Shown here in pieces: positions 17,891-24,870 of a stretch of 33,258 bases of DNA. The position numbers and the translations under genes are program-made. Each line of letters opens with the position of its first letter. Positions within the stretch are counted from its first letter, which is position 1. The DNA lies in the NCBI GenBank assembly GCA_048940645.1, contig JBHLOI010000041.1:1-33258 (forward strand), given 5' to 3'. This DNA is from Promethearchaeota archaeon (GTDB lineage: Archaea; Asgardarchaeota; Lokiarchaeia; Sigyniarchaeales; SOKP01). The notes beneath the pieces are model-generated. The model did not search any database. It saw nothing but the letters and a program-made list of their open reading frames with translations, and was not told the origin of the DNA.

Positions 17891-18418
17891 TCACCACTTA
17901 TTCTTAGCGTACTTCTTTACTAAATTTTTAACTTTTTTCTCGAAAAATTTAGGATTTTTCATCATTTCTATTGCTGCTTTTTTATTAAAAACATCTGTTG
18001 GATTTACAAATTTACCTCGGGTATTTAACATAGCAATTATTGCTTGGACTACTGTAACAGCAGTTTTTGAAGGACTCCATCCACCTTTTTTACCAATTAA
18101 GGAAGGATCTACTAATGCTAGACAAATATTCCTCTGACCTTTGTATTCACTTGGTTTTGGCCAAAAATTTGGATGCCAAATCGGAGTATGCATTCTTACA
18201 AAAGGTGGTTGCTTAGGATACTGAACAGGGAATCTCATTTCTAGTTTAAAAAGTCCTCCTGCAAAAGCAGTACCTTTAGGCCCCTTAATTGTGATAGCTA
18301 AATGATCAATGCTCTTCTTTTTAGAATCAAACGGTTTTAATTGAACTATAGTACCAACTTTAAGCATTTTTTTTAATCCAGCAAAATCACGGGAAACGCG
18401 ACTACTTCTTATACTCAT
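17891..18418 (-). CDS. Ubiquitin-conjugating enzyme E2 (UBC fold)
   Basis: ITIKGPKGTAFAGGLFKLEMRFPVQYPKQPPFVRMHTPIWHPN...ICL...WSPS...VVQAIIAML; catalytic Cys99. Confidence 0.93.
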   Translation of the reverse strand: MSIRSSRVSRDFAGLKKMLKVGTIVQLKPFDSKKKSIDHLAITIKGPKGTAFAGGLFKLEMRFPVQYPKQPPFVRMHTPIWHPNFWPKPSEYKGQRNICLALVDPSLIGKKGGWSPSKTAVTVVQAIIAMLNTRGKFVNPTDVFNKKAAIEMMKNPKFFEKKVKNLVKKYAKNKW

Positions 18419-18522
18419 TTTCTCAACCCTTTTTGTTTTTCTTTATTTTTATAATAAAATTTTTCTCTTTTATATATGTTTTTTTCATTAAACTTTTATA
18501 AAATATATTTTTAACTAAAATT

Positions 18523-19758
18523 TCAATTTAATTTTAAGGTTACATAAATTTCTCCACCTTTAAATCCTGCAACTGTAATAAATTCGTAATTTCTTAAACC
18601 GTTTTCGATTGTGGTTTGTTCTAAATCAATTACTTTGATATCATTGAAATCCAATAAGGTTAGAACAGGCTCAAAATCATGTTCTAATTCAAATCCATTT
18701 TTCTTTAATGTCTTAATTATATTTATACAAGGTGATTGAGGTCTCATTTTTATAGCCACTCGTCTAACAGATTTGCCACATTGAGAGCATTCTGGATTTC
18801 TTGGCTTTTCAATATGATATAATCTCATCGTCATTGCATTAAAGATCACATAATCTTTAATAGGTTCTCCTAATCCTACATGACCTTTTTTCCAATGAAG
18901 TATTTTTACTGCTTCGTGTGATTGTAAAGCAGAAATAACCGCATTTATGGTAATTATTCCAGGATCATGCCTATCAATGATTTTTATAATATCATCTGTA
19001 GTATATTCAGGTAAAAAATTATGTTTGTTAACCAATTCATTTGCAACCTTTTGAATAAATTTTATATCAGTTATATCTTTTGGACTAGGTTCTCGATCAA
19101 ACTTTTCCTTAAATGCCATATCTCCTTTAAAAACACAATGAATCCTTTTTCTGGGGACTCCAACAACTGTACACGCTGCCATTTCATCACTTTCGCTTAC
19201 TGGTAGCGGATTGCACTCATAACAAGCATTTTGATACGGAAAGATTGTGTAAATATGACCATGATAGCCGGATACCCCTGCATCTACGAGTGGTTTTCTA
19301 AATCTTATGCATTGAGCATTTAAGTTCAAGCGTGCATTCATTGAATCAAGACCTCCAATTACAACGTCAGCAGCTTGATATAATGCAGGATCTAATCTTT
19401 CTAGAGAGGTATGATATCCTCTAATAATAATGTTAGGGTTTATTTCCTTTAGTTTCCGAGCAGCAACAACTGCCTTAGGTTCTCCTATCTTTGCATCTGT
19501 GAAAAGAATTTGACGATTCAAATTAGAATGTTCAATTATATCTAAATCAACAAGATCTAATTGACCTAACCCTAACATAGCTAAATTCTTAGCTATTTCA
19601 CATCCTAAACCCCCTACACCAACAATTAACACTCTCGAGTTTTTTACTAATTTTTGTGACCAACCTTCGAGACGAAATTGGCGATCATATAAATCTCTCT
19701 CTTTTACTGACAATTCTTTTGCAAAGAAATCTGAATCTTTATCCAATATTATCACCAT
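18523..19758 (-). CDS. Ubl-activating enzyme E1 (ThiF/MoeB fold, UBA3/UBA2-like with a catalytic Cys segment)
   Basis: YDRQ, GVGGLGCE, D.DIIEHSNLNRQ.LF, GLDSMNAR, ACYEC and CSQC Zn site; MAACTVVGVPRKRIHCV resembles the eukaryotic CT-x3-PR/x-x2-HC catalytic segment. Confidence 0.93.
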   Translation of the reverse strand: MVIILDKDSDFFAKELSVKERDLYDRQFRLEGWSQKLVKNSRVLIVGVGGLGCEIAKNLAMLGLGQLDLVDLDIIEHSNLNRQILFTDAKIGEPKAVVAARKLKEINPNIIIRGYHTSLERLDPALYQAADVVIGGLDSMNARLNLNAQCIRFRKPLVDAGVSGYHGHIYTIFPYQNACYECNPLPVSESDEMAACTVVGVPRKRIHCVFKGDMAFKEKFDREPSPKDITDIKFIQKVANELVNKHNFLPEYTTDDIIKIIDRHDPGIITINAVISALQSHEAVKILHWKKGHVGLGEPIKDYVIFNAMTMRLYHIEKPRNPECSQCGKSVRRVAIKMRPQSPCINIIKTLKKNGFELEHDFEPVLTLLDFNDIKVIDLEQTTIENGLRNYEFITVAGFKGGEIYVTLKLN

Positions 19759-19769
19759 TAATAATAATT

Positions 19770-19823
19770 AAAAAAAAAAAAAAAAATGAAGAGCTTAATG
19801 CCTTCATATTATAATTTATGAAG
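19770..19823 (-). terminator. Intra-operon oligo-T tract (T17 on the minus strand) preceded by short hairpins
   Basis: A17 at 19770-19786; CTTCATA/TATGAAG stem (19802-19823); alternative TGAAG/CTTCA stem (19787-19806); lies between the Ubl stop and the E1 start. Confidence 0.5.
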
Positions 19824-19837
19824 AAAATTATATAAGT

Positions 19838-20164
19838 TTACCCAGCAGTACTCGCAGGAATCAAAAGTATATCATCGCCATCATTTATATTATAATCTTT
19901 TAATTGGCTACTTTCATCCATTGTAACTCCACCAGATGATAAATGAAAATCATTAGGATCAAGGCCATATAAATTTCCTAATGTTTCCTTAATATCACTT
20001 ACATGATTAGCATCATTTACTGTTAATTTTTCCTTCTTTTCACCAGGTCCAATGGTTGACGTAAAGTATAAAGTCAATTTCTTTCCCGCTGAAGGAGTTT
20101 TAGTAGATGGTGTTTTAGATTTTACAGGTTCTAATTCCTCATCAAAATCTTCTTCAAAACTCAT
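19838..20164 (-). CDS. Ubiquitin-like protein 1 (beta-grasp) with an acidic N-terminal tail and a single-Gly C-terminus
   Basis: VSDIKETLGNLYGLDP..FHLSSGGVTMDESSQLKDYNINDGDDILLIPASTAG; directly upstream of E1. Confidence 0.9.
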   Translation of the reverse strand: MSFEEDFDEELEPVKSKTPSTKTPSAGKKLTLYFTSTIGPGEKKEKLTVNDANHVSDIKETLGNLYGLDPNDFHLSSGGVTMDESSQLKDYNINDGDDILLIPASTAG

Positions 20165-20245
20165 TTATTTCACGACTTTTTTATTATTTTGTAATTTTTT
20201 ATTTTTTAAGTTTAATAAAATCGCATTAAAACGATATTATAAAAC

Positions 20246-20270
20246 CCATTGGAATGAATTTGAAGTTTTT
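20246..20270 (-). repeat. 25-bp element, copy 1 (inverted repeat partner of 21109-21133)
   Basis: CCATTGGAATGAATTTGAAGTTTTT is the exact reverse complement of 21109-21133. Confidence 0.9.
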
Positions 20271-20432
20271 TTAGTTTTTACTAAAAATAAAAAGAAACTT
20301 ATTTGGATGCTTAAGAAATTATATTATAAATTGAATGAATGCCTAATAATTATATAAGGTGTAAAATAATGTTGCAGAAAGAATATATATTTACAAAATC
20401 GAAATATTTTAACAATATAAAAGTATAGTCTT

Positions 20433-21104
20433 ATGAACTCTGCGAATGATGTCGAATCTATTATTCTTGAATTAGTAAAAGAATATTTAGAAAAAAAGCC
20501 ATTCTTTTCAATAGAAAACATTGTTGTATTTATTAATAATAGGGTAAAATCAAATCCTTTTATCAATAAAGCTAGGATTGAAATTACTATTAAAAATCTT
20601 ATTAAAAAGAGAATGATAATTCCAGGAACAAAATTGATGAAAAATAATATTATTGAACATCCAGTAAGGAATGAAATCTTTAATTACATAAGGAAAAATC
20701 CTTCGAATATAAATGAAATAATGAATGCTCTAAATATTGGAAGTAATCAAGCTTTATGGCATCTATCCTGTTTGGAAAAATTTCGATTTGTTAGATCAAA
20801 AAAAATTAACAATCGAAAAATAATTTTTGAATATGATTCAAATCCAGAACTTGACGAGCTCTATTATTATTTAAATTTAGCTATTATTCAAGAAATAATT
20901 AATTTTATGAAAAAGGAAGATAAAGCCTTAAAAATTACAGAAATAGCAACTAGCTTAAAAAAGAATCATAATATAATTAAAAAATATTTAAACGTTTTAA
21001 AAAAAATGAAATTAATAAAAATAGAAAAAGAAAAAAAAAGATTTAAATTCAAATTAGATACAGAGAAATATTCTAAAGTTAGAGAAATAATTCAAGGTGT
21101 ATGA
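20433..21104 (+). CDS. Tandem winged helix-turn-helix (ArsR/MarR-like) transcriptional regulator
   Basis: RNEIFNYIRKNP...INEIMNALNIGSNQALWHLSCLEKF and LKITEIATSLKKNHNIIKKYLNVL wHTH units. Confidence 0.8.
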   Translation: MNSANDVESIILELVKEYLEKKPFFSIENIVVFINNRVKSNPFINKARIEITIKNLIKKRMIIPGTKLMKNNIIEHPVRNEIFNYIRKNPSNINEIMNALNIGSNQALWHLSCLEKFRFVRSKKINNRKIIFEYDSNPELDELYYYLNLAIIQEIINFMKKEDKALKITEIATSLKKNHNIIKKYLNVLKKMKLIKIEKEKKRFKFKLDTEKYSKVREIIQGV

Positions 21105-21108
21105 ACAT

Positions 21109-21133
21109 AAAAACTTCAAATTCATTCCAATGG
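21109..21133 (+). repeat. 25-bp element, copy 2
   Basis: AAAAACTTCAAATTCATTCCAATGG, 57-81 nt upstream of the membrane-Ubl ATG. Confidence 0.9.
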
Positions 21134-21189
21134 AATTTAAATTTTAAATTATATATTAGAAATTTAGATAATAATTTAATAAAAAAATC

Positions 21190-21999
21190 ATGAAGAAAAA
21201 ACATAGATTTTTAAGTATTATAACTCTTTACGTTATTTTTATAATTATCTATATGGCTTTTTTCTTATTCCGTATAGAAAGCATTCCTTTATTTCTCGTT
21301 CTAGTTATCGGTAGTGTCTCAGTACTATCCACCAGTACTATCTATACAATTATTCAATCTTCAAGCAGTGAGGATAAGAGAATAAGCGAGAAAAAATATA
21401 TCAAAAAACAAAAATCGATTAAAAAAAAAACAATTGATCTCATCGATGATTATATTGATGCCATGCCTTCAATAAAAGATTATGTTGAATCAAATGCATC
21501 ATATGATAATATGAAAATAATTAATAAATATATTTTTTCTGTGTTTAGCCAGGAAGAATTAGATAACATAAATCTTTTAGAATTATCAAAAATGGATAAA
21601 ATAATGTTTATCAGAGAAATGTTGTATTTTAATAAACAAGAGAGAAAAATTTTAATCGAAAATATGTTGAAAAACAGGGATAAGACTGACGATGAAATAA
21701 TCTATAAGCCTCCTACAAATCTTATTGAAAAGGAAGACCAGATACGAGTTTATGTAAGATCATTAGTTGAGCCCGGTGAGAAAACAAAAATCATTATAAT
21801 TGATACAACAGAACTAATAATTGGTGTTAAAGAAAGAATTGGAATATTATTTGACTATAATTTAGAAGATTTTCTTTTATCCTCTGGAGGAATATTATTG
21901 CATGAAAATTCACAAATAAAGGATTATGATATTGATGATGACGACGAAATTGCTCTGATTCCATCAAGAAAAGAAAAAAATTTAAAAAAGAAGAACTAA
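21190..21999 (+). CDS. Membrane protein (2 N-terminal TM) with a C-terminal Ubl domain paralogous to the neighbouring Ubls; no terminal Gly
   Basis: Two hydrophobic helices at about aa 8-55; C-terminal VYVRSLVEPGEK...VKERIG.LF...DFLLSSGG..L.ENSQIKDYDIDDDDEIALIP followed by SRKEKNLKKKN. Confidence 0.85.
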   Translation: MKKKHRFLSIITLYVIFIIIYMAFFLFRIESIPLFLVLVIGSVSVLSTSTIYTIIQSSSSEDKRISEKKYIKKQKSIKKKTIDLIDDYIDAMPSIKDYVESNASYDNMKIINKYIFSVFSQEELDNINLLELSKMDKIMFIREMLYFNKQERKILIENMLKNRDKTDDEIIYKPPTNLIEKEDQIRVYVRSLVEPGEKTKIIIIDTTELIIGVKERIGILFDYNLEDFLLSSGGILLHENSQIKDYDIDDDDEIALIPSRKEKNLKKKN

Positions 22000-22015
22000 T
22001 AGGATAAGGATTTTT

Positions 22016-22432
22016 TTAACCAGCAGTACTTGCCGGAATTAATAATATATCTTCACCATCATTCACGTTATATTCGCTTAGCATTGAACTCTCATCCATA
22101 GTAATCCCACCCGATGATAAATGAAAATCAGCAGGATCTAAACCAAATAAATTCGCAACAGTCTCTTTAATATCTCCAACACTATTTCCTGTGTTTATGA
22201 GTAATTTTTGCTTTTTTTCACCAGGACCTATAGTTGACATAAAATAAACCGAAATCTTTTTGCCTGCCGATACAGCTTTAACTGCTGGAGTTTTAGCTTT
22301 GAGCTCTTCCGCTGGAGTTTTAGCTTTGACCTCTTCCGCTGGAGTTTTCGCGGAAGGTTCTTCTAATTCTTCATCTAAATCTTCATCAAATTCTTCATCA
22401 AATTCTTCATCAAATTCTTCATCAAAATCCAT
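22016..22432 (-). CDS. Ubiquitin-like protein 2, paralog of 19838-20164, with a repeat-expanded N-terminal tail
   Basis: YFMSTIGPGEKKQKL...VGDIKET..NLFGLDPADFHLSSGGITMDESS.L..YNVNDGEDILLIPASTAG; GGTG-N7-ATG start. Confidence 0.9.
   Translation of the reverse strand: MDFDEEFDEEFDEEFDEDLDEELEEPSAKTPAEEVKAKTPAEELKAKTPAVKAVSAGKKISVYFMSTIGPGEKKQKLLINTGNSVGDIKETVANLFGLDPADFHLSSGGITMDESSMLSEYNVNDGEDILLIPASTAG
22284..22348. repeat. In-frame 27-bp tandem repeat (about 2.4 copies) encoding KTPAEE(V/L)KA
   Basis: GCTGGAGTTTTAGCTTTGA(G/C)CTCTTCC twice, then GCTGGAGTTTT. Confidence 0.85.
22365..22424. repeat. In-frame 12-bp tandem repeat (5 copies) encoding DEEF/DEDL/DEEL
   Basis: AATTCTTCATCA three times exactly, plus two variants. 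Confidence 0.85.
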
Positions 22433-22618
22433 AAATAAACACCAAAGTATTAGAATTATTAATTTTATTGAGTTTTTTAATTATTTTTTGTATTTTCTTA
22501 ATAAAAATAATGGAAGTTATAATATATAAATAGAATCTACAAGCAATACAAAAAGAGCTTAATTTCAAATTGCAAACACTTTAGAGTTAATATTAATATA
22601 ATTTAATTAAGAAATTAA

Positions 22619-23740
22619 ATGAATAAAAGAAATATCATGAATGATAAACCTATTCCCAAGTATCAAATTCGCGAAAAAACGCCTGAAGAAGAAATCGAAA
22701 TGATTCCGGATTCAAGACTACTTAAAAAGATAAAGGAAGAAAGGATTAAGTTAAACAGAGAGAAAAGTGATTGGGAAAAGGTTGTTAAAAAGCTTGAAGG
22801 ATATCAAGAAAACATAAAAGAGCTTGAAAAAAAAAGAAAAGAGAAAGAACTTGAAGTTAAAAATCTTCTAAACCAACGTGAAAAGTTAAAAAATGAATTA
22901 GAAAGAATGAAAAATGGGATTAAGCAACATAAAAATGATCTACTGTTAAAAGAAAGAGAGCTAGATCAAAAAAATGCTGACCTAGATAAATATCAAGAAA
23001 AGCTTGATAGACTAAAAGACGCTCTAGAGAGCGAGAAAAAATATCTAGAAAAGGAAAAAGCAAGAGCAGAAATTCGTGTTAAAGAAATTAAAACTAAAAT
23101 ACCTGGAATGGAAAGAAGAGAAAATGCATTAGAGAGAACAATTGAAAAATTAGAAAATGAATTAATGGACTTGAGAAATGAAATCAAACATCTTTCAAAA
23201 GAAAGGGATAATTTAAATAAAGAAATCAATGATCTAAGAAAAAACATTTTTGATGAAAAAAACCGAATTGATGATGAAAAGAGAAAATTAAAAGATGATA
23301 AAGATAAAAATCGTATTAGAAAAAAGGATTTAAATCTTAAAGCTCGTGAAATTGATAAAAAAAAAGAAGATTTAGAAAAATTTAGAGACAAAGTTGAAAA
23401 TGATGTAAAGAATTTGGAAAAAAAGAAAGGACAACAAGAAACAAGATTAAAAGAGCTAAATAGGAAAGTTCCTAAAGCGGAAGATACTTATTATTCATTA
23501 GAACGCAAAATCCGTGATTTAGAAGATAAGCATAAAAGATTAAATAATGATTATAAGCAGTTAGCAAAAGAGAAATCGATGATAGACTCTGAAAAAAATG
23601 CTATTAGAAGAGAGAGAGAAAAGTTAGAAAGAGATAAAGAGAGATTCCTTGGAGAAAAAAGAGATTTTGAGAGAGAATTAAGGAAAATCAAAGAGATACC
23701 AAAATATAAAATCAAATCTAAAACTCCTTCAAAATATTAA
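22619..23740 (+). CDS. Long all-coiled-coil protein of unknown function
   Basis: Continuous K/E/L/R heptads over about 330 aa with no ATPase or globular domain; internal duplication; IPKYxIxxKTP motif at both ends. Confidence 0.8.
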   Translation: MNKRNIMNDKPIPKYQIREKTPEEEIEMIPDSRLLKKIKEERIKLNREKSDWEKVVKKLEGYQENIKELEKKRKEKELEVKNLLNQREKLKNELERMKNGIKQHKNDLLLKERELDQKNADLDKYQEKLDRLKDALESEKKYLEKEKARAEIRVKEIKTKIPGMERRENALERTIEKLENELMDLRNEIKHLSKERDNLNKEINDLRKNIFDEKNRIDDEKRKLKDDKDKNRIRKKDLNLKAREIDKKKEDLEKFRDKVENDVKNLEKKKGQQETRLKELNRKVPKAEDTYYSLERKIRDLEDKHKRLNNDYKQLAKEKSMIDSEKNAIRREREKLERDKERFLGEKRDFERELRKIKEIPKYKIKSKTPSKY

Positions 23741-23760
23741 TTATTGTTAATGGGAGATTT

Positions 23761-24801
23761 ATGAAAATTCCTACAGGAATTGAAGGAGATTATATAGAAA
23801 CTAAAAGTGATAATTTTTTTTTCGACGTGAAAGGGGTTCATCACCCTTCTGATAGAAAAATATGTTTTATTCGTTTTTATCCTCATCTAAATGGGGATCG
23901 AATCAAAAATGGAAAGAAGTATAAAAAGATCTACGATCTACAAGAACGGTTCTCCTTTTTAAGAAAGCATCACCCAAAATATTTATTTTTCTCTAAAGAA
24001 TTTGATATAGAGCTACAATGTGTCAAAAATGAGGATATTAAAAAAATTTATACTCCACGAGAATATTATAAAGAATTATCGCAAAAATTTAATCCTGACC
24101 GTCTTGAAAAATGTTCTAAAGATCTATGTGAATTATTTATCGAAAAGGCAATGCTCCCACATGGTTCAATCGGTATAACAGGTTCTCAAATGGTTGGATT
24201 AAGCAAAAATCAATCTGATATTGATTTGATTATTTATGGAACAGACATAAGCCGAAATTTCCAAAATAAGCTTCCTATTATCCTAGAAAAAGATCAATAT
24301 TGTAGAAAATATACCAAAGAAGAATACCACAATCATTATGAATGGAGAGTGGGAGGTTCAAGAATTCCATTTGAAAATTTTTTAAAAAGTGAGAGAAGGA
24401 AGCTCCATCAGGGTATGTATAAGGAATTTGAATTTTTTATAAGATATATAAAAAGTCCTAAAGATTGGAAGGGAACTTATTATGATTATTTATATAAAAA
24501 TATGGGAAGAATAAAATTAAAAGCAGAAATCATTGATGATTCTAATGCTATCTTTACACCTTGTTCCTATAAAATAGATGGCATAAAAGTCTACAATAAT
24601 AAATACATTTCAAAAAAGATTAAATTAGATGATATTATGATGGTAACTTCTTTCAGAGGAAGATTCTGTGAACATGCAATTAAAGGAGAAAAGGTTCTTG
24701 TTGAGGGAAAATTGGAAAAAGTCATTTTTAGGAATAATAAAGAATATTTTAGAATATTATTAACAGATCAGAAACAAGATAAAATGATGATTTTAGAATA
24801 A
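23761..24801 (+). CDS. Archaeal predicted nucleotidyltransferase (pol-beta superfamily) with a C-terminal OB-like domain
   Basis: FDVKGVHHP.DR, GITGS..VG...SDIDLIIYG and SFRGRFCE.A..GE.V.VEGKLE motifs. Confidence 0.8.
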   Translation: MKIPTGIEGDYIETKSDNFFFDVKGVHHPSDRKICFIRFYPHLNGDRIKNGKKYKKIYDLQERFSFLRKHHPKYLFFSKEFDIELQCVKNEDIKKIYTPREYYKELSQKFNPDRLEKCSKDLCELFIEKAMLPHGSIGITGSQMVGLSKNQSDIDLIIYGTDISRNFQNKLPIILEKDQYCRKYTKEEYHNHYEWRVGGSRIPFENFLKSERRKLHQGMYKEFEFFIRYIKSPKDWKGTYYDYLYKNMGRIKLKAEIIDDSNAIFTPCSYKIDGIKVYNNKYISKKIKLDDIMMVTSFRGRFCEHAIKGEKVLVEGKLEKVIFRNNKEYFRILLTDQKQDKMMILE

Positions 24802-24870
24802 AATCAAGTAAAATATAAAAAAATAATAGGCATCTTTCATTATAAATTATAGAATTAAGAAATAAAAACT

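Noticed and set aside
18523-19758. MoeB/ThiF sulfur-relay role for the E1
   Set aside because: The UBA3/UBA2-like catalytic Cys segment and linkage to E2, RING and JAMM favour protein conjugation; no rhodanese, MoaE or ThiG is nearby
20246-21133. IS element defined by the 25-bp inverted repeats
   Set aside because: The enclosed ORF is a wHTH regulator with no DDE or HUH motif, and there is no target-site duplication
22284-22424. CRISPR-like repeats
   Set aside because: Adjacent in-frame coding repeats with no spacers and no cas genes
16836-23391. Short ORFs at 16836, 17389, 19021, 20052, 20324, 22260 and 22993
   Set aside because: Antisense or overlapping shadows; their Ser/Phe richness mirrors Glu/Lys codons on the coding strand
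22619-23740. SMC/Rad50 or ESCRT-III assignment for the coiled-coil protein
   Set aside because: No Walker motifs, hinge or Zn hook; length and pattern do not fit Snf7
23761-24801. CBASS CD-NTase linked to the E1/E2/JAB genes
   Set aside because: The motifs fit the widespread archaeal nucleotidyltransferase family, the gene is on the opposite strand with no effector, and E1 and E2 are separate, eukaryote-like and have their own Ubls
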